Made by a program: the position numbers and the translations under genes
Shown: positions 54,133-64,000 of the stretch, one piece after another
Layout: each line of letters begins with the position of its first letter
Numbering within the stretch: the first letter of the stretch is position 1
Origin: Eledone cirrhosa
Taxonomy: Eukaryota
Length of the DNA: 64,000 nt
Reading direction: 5' to 3'
Assembly: GCA_964016885.1 (NCBI GenBank)
Contig: OZ024752.1
Span: 42,718,001-42,782,000, forward strand
Notes under the pieces: model-generated
The model's database searches: none
The model's input: the letters and a program-made list of their open reading frames with translations, nothing else
What the model was told of the DNA's origin: nothing

Positions 54133-54852
54133 CATAGCAACAGCACTACCACTTCAAAGAGTGGGCTGGGTGCATTTTATTGTGACACCAGCACTACCAC
54201 TTTACAGAGTGGGCTGGGTGCATTTTATTGTGACACCAGCACTCCCACTTTACAGAGTGGGCTGGGTGTATTTTATTCTGACACCAGCACTCCCACTTTA
54301 CAGAGTGGGCTGGGTGCATTTTATTGTGACACCAGCACTCCCACTTTACAGAGTGGGCTGGGTGTATTTTATTGTGACACCAGCACTCCCACTTTACAGA
54401 GTGGGCTGGGTGTATTTTATTGTGACACCAGCACTCCCACTTTACTGAGTGGGCTGGGTGCATTTTATTGTGACACCAGCACTCCCACTTTACAGAGTGG
54501 GCTGGGTGTATTTTATTGTGACACCAGCACTCCCACTTTACTGAGTGGGCTGGGTGCATTTTATTGTGACACCAGCACTCCCACTTTACAGAGTGGGCTG
54601 GGTGTATTTTATTGTGACACCAGCACTCCCACTTTACAGAGTGGGCTGGGTGCATTTTATTGTGACACCAGCACTCCCACTTTACAGAGTGGGCTGGGTG
54701 CATTTTATTGTGACACCAGCACTCCCACTTTACAGAGTGGGCTGGGTGTATTTTATTGTGACACCAGCACTTCCTCTTTACAGAGTGGGCTGGGTGTATT
54801 TTATTGTGACACCAGCACTCCCACTTTACCGAGTGGGCTGGGTGCATTTTAT
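54133..54852. repeat. 48-bp tandem repeat (about 15 copies) derived from the RTE-tailed SINE body
   Basis: Unit TGTGACACCAGCACTCCCACTTTACAGAGTGGGCTGGGTGCATTTTAT resembles SINE segment CCACTTTACAGTGTGGGCTGGGTGCTTTTT. Confidence 0.9.
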
Positions 54853-55302
54853 CCTGATAACAACACTGATAATATTATTGATATTATCATCACTACTGCT
54901 AATTTACTTACAAACCCTCATTAAAATTTATTATATATATATATAAAGAATTATTTTAGCAAAATGGCTGGGAGAAAACAGTCTAAATATTTTTTCAAGC
55001 AAAAAACTTAGGAGGAAGTTGTAAAGATTTTTAAGGGTTGTACAGTCTAAATATTTTTTCAAGCAAAGAACCTAAGAGGAAGTTGTAATAATTTTTAAGA
55101 GCATAAATACTTTCAATTAGTTGTATGATGATTACCATTGCAATACTTCTCCCTAGCCTCATTTCCCACCACCATGTTGACATTAATAATTGGTCCCATT
55201 TCCTGTTAGTATTTATTTGTTTGTTTGTCTGTCTGTTTGTTTGTCTATCTATACTGCTCTCTCTCTCTCTGTCTCTGGCAGTCTGGTTGTAGAATCATTG
55301 TT

Positions 55303-55303
55303 G

Positions 55304-55336
<33 letters not shown>

Positions 55337-55946
55337 TCATCATCACTGCCACTTCTATATCCACCACCACCACCATCATCACCACCACAGCCACTACCAT
55401 ATCCACCACCACCACCACCATCACCACATCCATTACCATATCCACCACCACCACCATCACCAAAGCCGCTATCATATTCACCACCTCCACCACCATCACA
55501 TCCACTACCATATCCACCACCACCACCATCATCATCACTATCATATCCACCACCACCATCATCATTACTATCATATCCACCACCACCACCATCATCATTA
55601 CTATCATATCCACCACGACCACCATCACCATCATCACTATCATATCCACCACCACCATCATCATCACTATCATATCCACAACCATCACCACCACTACCAT
55701 CCCCACAACCACCACCACAACCACCACTACTACTACCATCCCCACAACCACCACCACCACTACCATCCCCACAACCACCACCACAACCACCACTACTACT
55801 ACCATCCCCACAACCACCACCACAACCACCACTACTACTACCATCCCCACAACAACCACCACCACTACCATCCCTACAACCACCACCACAACCATCACCA
55901 TCCCCACAACCATCACCAATCACCACCACAACCATCACCACCACCA
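55303..55946. repeat. (CAC/CAT)n compound triplet repeat
   Basis: Low-complexity triplets. Confidence 0.9.
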
Positions 55947-56291
55947 TTTCTTTTAATTTTTAAAGGTTTCTAATGAAAAACACTGTCTATGGGTTTTTTG
56001 TTTGAAATCATTTTGAAAATAAATCTTCTTATCACTTTAGTGTTTGGAACATAGCTTAGAGGTTCTTTCGTAAAAATTGTGATGGAAAGGTTTTAGATAA
56101 ATATAAAAATTTTAACACTTTCATTACCATATTTCAAAAGCCTTTGATTTTCAAATCATTTTTTACATAAAGAATTTCAAAGGATTCAATCATATAATTT
56201 ACTCATTATTTTTCTGATGTTAGGGACATAATTTAAAATTTCCTAAATAAAATTATGCTTCAAAGTTTTGGGAGGGATCAATATAAACACT

Positions 56292-56912
56292 TTAACCCTT
56301 TAGCATTTACATTATTCTATATTTACTATTATGTTTTTATGGTAACATAATATGGAATCTATGAGATTTTGATGATGTGATTATTTAATTTGAGGGCAGT
56401 GGATTGGCAGTACCGGTAGAGAGTCGGATGCCATGCTTTGCAGCATCGAGTTACGGCCCTTTACGGCATGAGTGCAAATCCTTGCTGAGGTTAACTTTGC
56501 CTTTCATCCTTACAGGGTCGATAAAATAAAGTACCAGTAATGCACTGGGGTATTTGTTGGCCTTGTGCCAAAAGTAGAAACAATTATTTATTTTGAGAAC
56601 AGTAGCTTAACATCAGTATGAGTGGCCAGTTATGGCCGGTTTGAACAGAAAAAGGTGAGAGAATTCTGGCCGGATATGGCTGGTTTAACCCTTTAATGTT
56701 CAAACCGGCCAAAACCAGCCAGAATTCTATACCTCTTTCTGTTGAAATTGGCAGTATCTGGCCACTCATACTGATGTTAAGGTATTGTTCTCAAAATAAA
56801 TACTTTCAAAATCTCATAGATTCGATATTATGTGAGATAATTATGCAAGGTAAAGCCTTTACCATGAAAATATAATAGTATACATAGAGTAATGTAAATG
56901 CTAAAGGGTTAA
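56292..56912. mobile_element. Two back-to-back TTAA MITEs, the first interrupted by an S1 SINE (about 56393-56590)
   Basis: MITE termini near 56292, 56685 and 56911. The SINE is flanked by ATTATTTA(A/T)TTTGAG. Confidence 0.75.
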
Positions 56913-57331
56913 AAGTTTTGTATCACAGAACCCGGAGTAGTTTGGTATCAAAAGGGTTAAAATATGTGATGATGCTGTTGTTTTTATATCATACCCAAAC
57001 AAGTTTTTGAGGAAGAAATCATGATTATTTTTACCAAGAATGTTAATAGTCTATCTAGTACAGCAGCACATAGTAGAATTGTTGCCAAGATTTTCTTCGT
57101 GCTGACTTCCATCTAACTATATTGGATGGTTCTGCTTAATACTTATTGCATGCCATATTTCATGTGATGTGCATGAAAGACGACAGTTGTATAAAAAAGT
57201 GCAGGGTGATCAAAATTGATGGAAGCTATGGAGTAGGTAGACCCAGAAAAATCTGGGATCACATGATAAAAACTGACCTTGCACACTTACACCTCTCTAA
57301 GACAATATCATTGGATTGTGTTTGTGTGTGT

Positions 57332-57424
<93 letters not shown>

Positions 57425-57489
57425 ATATATATATATGTATATGTATATATATATATGTATATATATATGTATATATGTATATATATATG

Positions 57490-57546
<57 letters not shown>

Positions 57547-57595
57547 ATATATATGTATATATATATGTATATATGTATATATATATGTATATATG

Positions 57596-57649
<54 letters not shown>

Positions 57650-57685
57650 TATGTATGTATATATATATATATATATATGTATGTA

Positions 57686-57748
<63 letters not shown>

Positions 57749-57755
57749 GTATATA

Positions 57756-57812
<57 letters not shown>

Positions 57813-57841
57813 GTATATATATGTATATATATATGTATATA

Positions 57842-57910
<69 letters not shown>

Positions 57911-57914
<4 letters not shown>

Positions 57915-58246
57915 AGGCACATGGCTTAGTGGTTAGAGCATTGGCCTTGCAATCGAAAGGTTGTGAGTTCAATTCTCAGACCGGGTGATGTGTTGTTTCC
58001 TTGAGTAAGACACTTTATTTCACATTGCTCCAGTTTACTCAGCTGTAGAAATGAGATGATAGGGACTGGGGTCCCTATCATTCCACTGCAAAGTGGTCGT
58101 GTAGGCGCCACGGCAAAAAAGCACCCAGCCCTCACTGTAAATGAGGTTGGTGTTAGGAAGGGCATCCAGCTGTAGAAATCAAGCCAGAATCAGTTCCCGT
58201 CCCACCCTTGCAAGCAGGGAAAAGCGGACGTAAAATGAAATGATGA

Positions 58247-58250
<4 letters not shown>
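57911..58250 (+). mobile_element. Full-length composite SINE: tRNA head, CORE-like segment, hairpin, RTE tail
   Basis: A box TGGCTTAGTGG, B box GTTCAATTC, segment CCTTGAGTAAGACACTT, hairpin ATGATAGGGAC/GTCCCTATCAT, and a tail matching the RTE LINE 3' end. Confidence 0.88.
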
Positions 58251-58284
<34 letters not shown>

Positions 58285-58744
58285 TCATCATCATCGTTTA
58301 GCATCCATTTCGTATGCTAGCATGGGTAGGATGGGTTGACCCTTTGGGAGAGAATTTGGTCAGAGGACCGTGTTTCGCTCACCCAGGGCAGATTTTGGCT
58401 TGGTTTCTACAGTTGGATGACCTTTCTAATGACAAACACATTTACAGTGTGTGCTGGGTGCTTTTTTTCATGCCACCTACACGACCACATTACAGTGTGG
58501 ACTGGACGTTTCTGTTTTGTATCATCATCATCATCAGCATCATCGTTTAATGTCCATCTAGAATGGGTTAGATGGGTTTGTCCCATTTGAGGCAAGTTGG
58601 GTTGGGTATAGGACGGTTTATGGCTGGATGCCCTTCCTCATGCCAACTACATTTAGTGTGTGCTGGGTGCTTTTTACCATGTCTCCTACACAACCACTTT
58701 ACAGTGGTTATCATGGGTGATTTTTGTCATGACACCTACATGAC

Positions 58745-58797
<53 letters not shown>

Positions 58798-58817
58798 GAG
58801 TGTGTGTGTATATATAT

Positions 58818-59217
58818 ATAATTGTTTCTACTTTAGGCACAAGGCCAGCAATTACCCAGTGCATTACTGGTACTTTATTTTATCGACCCCCCCCGTAAGG
58901 ATGAAAGGCAAAGTCAACCTCGGTGGGATTTGAACTCAGATCATAAAGGGACGTAACTCTATGCTGGAAAGCATGGCGTCCGACCCTCTACCGATACTGC
59001 CAATCCACCGTGTGTGTATATATATATATATATATAATTGTTTCTACTTTTGGCACAAGGCCAGCAATTATCCCAGTGTATTACTGGTACTTTATTTTAT
59101 CGACCCCGTAAGGATGAAAGGCAAAGTTAACCTCGGCGGGATTTGAACTCAGACCATAAAGGGCCGTAACTCTTTGCTGCAAAGCACGGCGTCTGACCCT
59201 CTACCAATACTGCCAAT
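58818..59217 (-). mobile_element. Two tandem S1 SINEs
   Basis: Two near-full copies separated by (TG)n(TA)n. Confidence 0.85.
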
Positions 59218-60461
59218 ACACACACACACACACATTATATATATATAATGTGTGTGTGTATACATGTATATATAAAACAAGCTCCTACTGTCTCTGTGTA
59301 CCAAACTTCACTGACATTTGTGTGTGTGTGTGTAAATGTTTGTGTGTGTATAAAGGTTTGTGAAAACCTGTGTGTGTGTGTGTGTAAATGTTTGTGTGTG
59401 TATAAAGGTTTGTGAAAACCTTTGTGTGTGTGTGTAAAGGCTGTGATAGCATTTGAAGTCAGCTGCTAATCATTAATTAGTTCATGTGTAATGTGAACGG
59501 TTTGTGGGTGTTTGTTGTTGAGGAGGGGTTGCAGTGAGTGTTAGAGGTCTGTGGTGGTGGTGGTGGTGGTGGGTGAAAATATGGCTGAGGTGGTGTGGTG
59601 TGGTGTGGATGGAGAAGGAGGGAGGATTAGATTAGTAATTAGGGGAACGTGTTTGTTCTTATGATCCACTACTTGTGGATCAAGGAATAATTAAATTCTT
59701 GGCTCGATAATTTTAAGCCAAGGAGGCGGGCCAAAGTGGGGGATCTGGGAGTGTGTGTATGGGGTTAAGGGGTTTTAGGTGGATCAGTTGGTATGTATTA
59801 TCTATGGGGAGGGTCGTGGCTGGAAAAGAATAAGCTAGCTAGATACTAATTATGTATAATTAGCTAGAAAACTGATTAGTCAAGGCACTTAAAAATTAAG
59901 TATTTAAAATGTATTAGTTATTATAACAAAATGTATATAGGTATGTGTAGGCGTGTATATGTGTGTGTATGTATATGTATATTTGTGTTTATGCGTATAC
60001 ATGTGTGTTTGTGTGTATACTTTGTGTGTGTGTGTATACTTGTGTGTGGGAATGCTGACGGGAAAGCGTCACTTGCTGTGTAGTTAGTTACTTTGATGAT
60101 ATCTATCTGTCTTTCACACACAGTCTCTCTCACTCTCTCTCTCTCTCTAAATATTTCATATGGGAAAAATAGTTTCAGTTTGCAAACATTTTAAATGGTG
60201 AATGGCCTTCCAGAACGAATTAAGTTCATGAACTGAGGCTCCATTCATCATCATCATCATCATCATTACCATCACCATCACCACCATCACCATCACCACC
60301 ACCACCATCATCATCATCATCGTCATCGTCATCATCATTATCATTTAACGTTTATCTTCCATGTTAGCATGGGTTAGACGGGTTTGTCCTATTTAGAGGC
60401 AAGTTGGGTCAAGTGCCCGTGTCTCGCTCATATAGGATGTGTTTCTGGCTGGTTTTCTACA

Positions 60462-62325
60462 GCTGGGTGCCCTGCCTAACCCTAACCACATTTACAGTGT
60501 GTGCTGGGTGCCCTGCCTAACGCTAACCACATTTACAGTGTGTGCTGGGTGCCCTGCCTAACGCTAACCACATTTACAGTGTGTGCTGGGTGCCCTGCCT
60601 AACGCTAACCACATTTACAGTGTGTGCTGGGTGCCCTGCCTAATGCTAACCACATTTACAGTGTGTGCTGGGTGCCCTGCCTAACGCTAACCACATTTAC
60701 AGTGTGTGCTGGGTGCCCTGCCTAACGCTAACCACATTTACAGTGTGTGCTGGGTGCCCTGCCTAATGCTAACCACATTTACAGTGTGTGCTGGGTGCCT
60801 TGCCTAACGCTAACCACATTTACAGTGTGTGCTGGGTGCCCTGCCTAACGCTAACCATATTTACAGTGTGTGCTGGGTGCCCTGCCTAACGCTAACCACA
60901 TTTACAGTGTGTGCTGGGTGCCCTGCCTAACGCTAACCACATTTACAGTGTGTGCTGGGTGCCCTGCCTAACGCTAACCACATTTACAGTGTGTGCTGGG
61001 TGCCCTGCCTAATGCTAACCACATTTACAGTGTGTGCTGGGTGCCCTGCCTAATGCTAACCACATTTACAGTGTGTGCTGGGTGCCCTGCCTAACGCTAA
61101 CCACATTTACAGTGTGTGCTGAGTGCCCTGCCTAACGCTAACCACATTTACAGTGTGTGCTGGGTGCCTTGCCTAACGCTAACCACATTTACAGTGTGTG
61201 CTGGGTGCCCTGCCTAACGCTAACCACATTTACAGTGTGTGCTGGGTGCCCTGCCTAACGCTAACCACATTTACAGTGTGTGCTGGGTGCCCTGCCTAAT
61301 GCTAACCACATTTACAGTGTGTGCTGGGTGCCCTGCCTAACGCTAACCACATTTACAGTGTGTGCTGGGTGCCCTGCCTAACGCTAACCACATTTACAGT
61401 GTGTGCTGGGTGCCCTGCCTAATGCTAACCACATTTACAGTGTGTGCTGGGTGCCTTGCCTAACGCTAACCACATTTACAGTGTGTGCTGGGTGCCCTGC
61501 CTAACGCTAACCATATTTACAGTGTGTGCTGGGTGCCCTGCCTAACGCTAACCACATTTACAGTGTGTGCTGGGTGCCCTGCCTAACGCTAACCACATTT
61601 ACAGTGTGTGCTGGGTGCCCTGCCTAACGCTAACCACATTTACAGTGTGTGCTGGGTGCCCTGCCTAATGCTAACCACATTTACAGTGTGTGCTGAGTGC
61701 CCTGCCTAACGCTAACCACATTTACAGTGTGTGCTGAGTGCCCTGCCTAACGCTAACCACATTTACAGTGTGTGCTGGGTGCCCTGCCTAATGCTAACCA
61801 CATTTACATTGTGTGCTGAGTGCCCTGCCTAACGCTAACCACATTTACAGTGTGTGCTGAGTGCCCTGCCTAACGCTAACCACATTTACAGTGTGTGCTG
61901 GGTGCCTTGCCTAACGCTAACCACATTTACAGTGTGTGCTGGGTGCCCTGCCTAACGCTAACCACATTTACAGTGTGTGCTGGGTGCCCTGCCTAACGCT
62001 AACCACATTTACAGTGTGTGCTGGGTGCCCTGCCTAATGCTAACCACATTTACAGTGTGTGCTGGGTGCCTTGCCTAACGCTAACCACATTTACAGTGTG
62101 TGCTGGGTGCCCTGCCTAACGCTAACCACATTTACAGTGTGTGCTGGGTGCCCTGCCTAACGCTAACCACATTTACAGTGTGTGCTGAGTGCCCTGCCTA
62201 ACGCTAACCACATTTACAGTGTGTGCTGGGTGCCCTGCCTAACGCTAACCACATTTACAGTGTGTGTTGGGTGTGTTGAGTGCCCTGCCTAACGCTAACC
62301 ACATTTACAGTGTGTGCTGGGTGCT
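60462..62325. repeat. 41-bp tandem repeat (about 45 copies) inside an RTE-tailed SINE
   Basis: Unit GCTGGGTGCCCTGCCTAACGCTAACCACATTTACAGTGTGT. SINE sequence continues on both sides (about 60330-62360). Confidence 0.93.
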
Positions 62326-62456
62326 TTTTTGCTGTGTTTCTTTATTGACCACTTTACACTGTGAGGTGGATGTTGTGTGGTACCAACATATATATATATA
62401 CATATATGTAGTACCAACATAATATATATATATATATACATTCACACACATCATGA

Positions 62457-62632
62457 TAATTGTTTCTACTTTTGGCACAAGGCCGGCAATTACCCAGTGC
62501 ATTACTGGTACTTTATTTTATCGACCCCGTAAGGATGAAAGGCAAAGTTAACCTCGGCGGGATTTGAACTCAGACTGGCAAGGGCCATTCTGAGTTCAAA
62601 TCCTGCCGAGGTTAACTTTGCCTTTCATCCTG
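62457..62632. mobile_element. S1 SINE with fold-back inversion
   Basis: GGATGAAAGGCAAAGTTAACCTCGGC..CTCAGA-ctggcaagggccat-TCTGAG..GCCGAGGTTAACTTTGCCTTTCATCC. Confidence 0.8.
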
Positions 62633-63327
62633 CACACACATCATGATAATGATAAACATATACATCATCATCATCATCATCATCATCGTTTAACGTCCAT
62701 CTTCCACGCTTGCATAGGTTTGGACGGGAGTTTTCCCACTTGAGGCAAGAGTGGTTGTCTTGCTCGTATAGGACTGTCTGGCGGGTTTTCTACGGCTGGA
62801 TGCCCTTCCTAACACCAACCACGTTTACAGTGTGGACTGGGAGGTTTTTACCGTGTTACCTACATGGCCACATTACAGCGTGGACTGTCTGGCGGGTTTT
62901 CTACGGCTGGATGCCCTTCCTAACACCAACCACGTTTACAGTGTGGAACTGGGAGGTTTTTACCGTGTTACCTACACGGTCACATTACAGCGTGGACTGT
63001 GTGTTTTTTGTTGTGACACCTACACGACCTCATTTGTTTCGGACTGGATGTTGTGGCACCAACATAACTTTACATTGAAAGGGGTGGTGTGGATGGGGTA
63101 GGGGTAGTGGGACGGGGGTGTAATTTTTTTTTTTTACTTATCTGCGCATATTCATATCTGCATGATAATACTTAGTATATAGTCGCGCATAGGTAGCACT
63201 TGTTTAACGATAAATAAGTATAAATTTTTGGGGTGCGATCTATCCGATCGGCATCAGACTGACCAATGATTTTTCATAGACTTAATCAACGCTGGGTATT
63301 TATAAAAATAACTTTGTTAATATTTTT

Positions 63328-63510
63328 TTGGCAGTATCGGTAGAGGGTCGGACGCCATGCTTTGACGCATAGAGTTATGGCCCTTGCCATTCTGAGTTCA
63401 AATCCCGCCGAGGTTAACTTTGCCTTTCATCCTTACGGGGTCGATAAAATAAAGTACCAGTAATACACTGGGTAATTGCTGGCCTTGTGCCAAAAGTAGA
63501 AACAATTATT
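63328..63510 (+). mobile_element. S1 SINE
   Basis: Matches the S1 consensus. Confidence 0.85.
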
Positions 63511-64000
63511 TAACATAATAATTTCATATATCTACTTTCTTATACATATATATATTTCTTGATTTTAAATTTTTTACTAAAACTTTGTAGTGTTTATGTT
63601 TTTTTCTATCTGACCGAACCATCTGTCATTAAAATCCATAGAAATGCATACCCGGTAGTTAAAATGTGATTTCATTGTCTTAGCGTTGTTATGAACACGT
63701 ATTGTGACATATTTACTTTAACAGGAAACAGATTATTGCACGTGGCATTTCTTTTCAAAATTAGCAAGTGAGAAAAATTAATAGTTGAAATCTAGCAGTT
63801 TTCCGAACAGGTGAATTAATTAAAAATGCAGATATAATCAGTACAAGGTTTTAGTCTTTCTCTACATTCCAGGCAAATATTTTCATTGAAAAAAATGTAT
63901 AAAACCTTTTCACCAGTCAAAATAATATTTGCAATGTACTCTTACACAATGTACGGTGTAAATTTACGTAACAGAATGTTCCCAATATATAAGTTCATTA

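Noticed and set aside
54019-54924. 301-aa repeat ORF
   Set aside because: A 48-bp SINE-derived tandem unit that happens to be a multiple of three.
55190-55963. Extensin- or mucin-like Pro/Thr-rich ORFs
   Set aside because: A (CAC/CAT)n repeat open in several frames on both strands, with no credible gene structure.
57911-57985. tRNA genes at A/B-box sequences
   Set aside because: These are SINE heads continuing into SINE bodies, with no complete cloverleaf.
63855-63902. Candidate fourth NDST exon after ctacattccag
   Set aside because: Phase-0 reading stops within 10 codons and lacks the expected YAVAPHHSGVYP motif. The next exon lies beyond the window.

Overview
AT-rich, repeat-dense eukaryotic DNA. 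The SINE families and (TA)n load suggest an octopus/cephalopod genome (inference). The only real protein-coding gene is the 5' part of a + strand heparan sulfate N-deacetylase/N-sulfotransferase (NDST/sulfateless): three phase-compatible coding exons at 19340-20344, 29862-29988 and 48716-48828, with the gene continuing past the window. A probable bidirectional promoter lies near 80-250. The rest is intronic: tRNA-derived SINEs, RTE- and CR1-like LINE ends, a TTAA/piggyBac-type MITE, hAT MITEs, a DD37D maT relic and several kb-scale minisatellites seeded from these elements. Main signal: positions ~650-8300 (plus ~51 kb) hold a dense cluster of short, sequence-diverse elements embedded in (TA)n. 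Many fold by eye into type I hammerhead ribozymes, often duplicated as long palindromes, and they share a TTGAGTRCTT motif, consistent with Penelope-like/retrozyme-type retroelement termini. Almost all other ORFs in the track are microsatellite artefacts.
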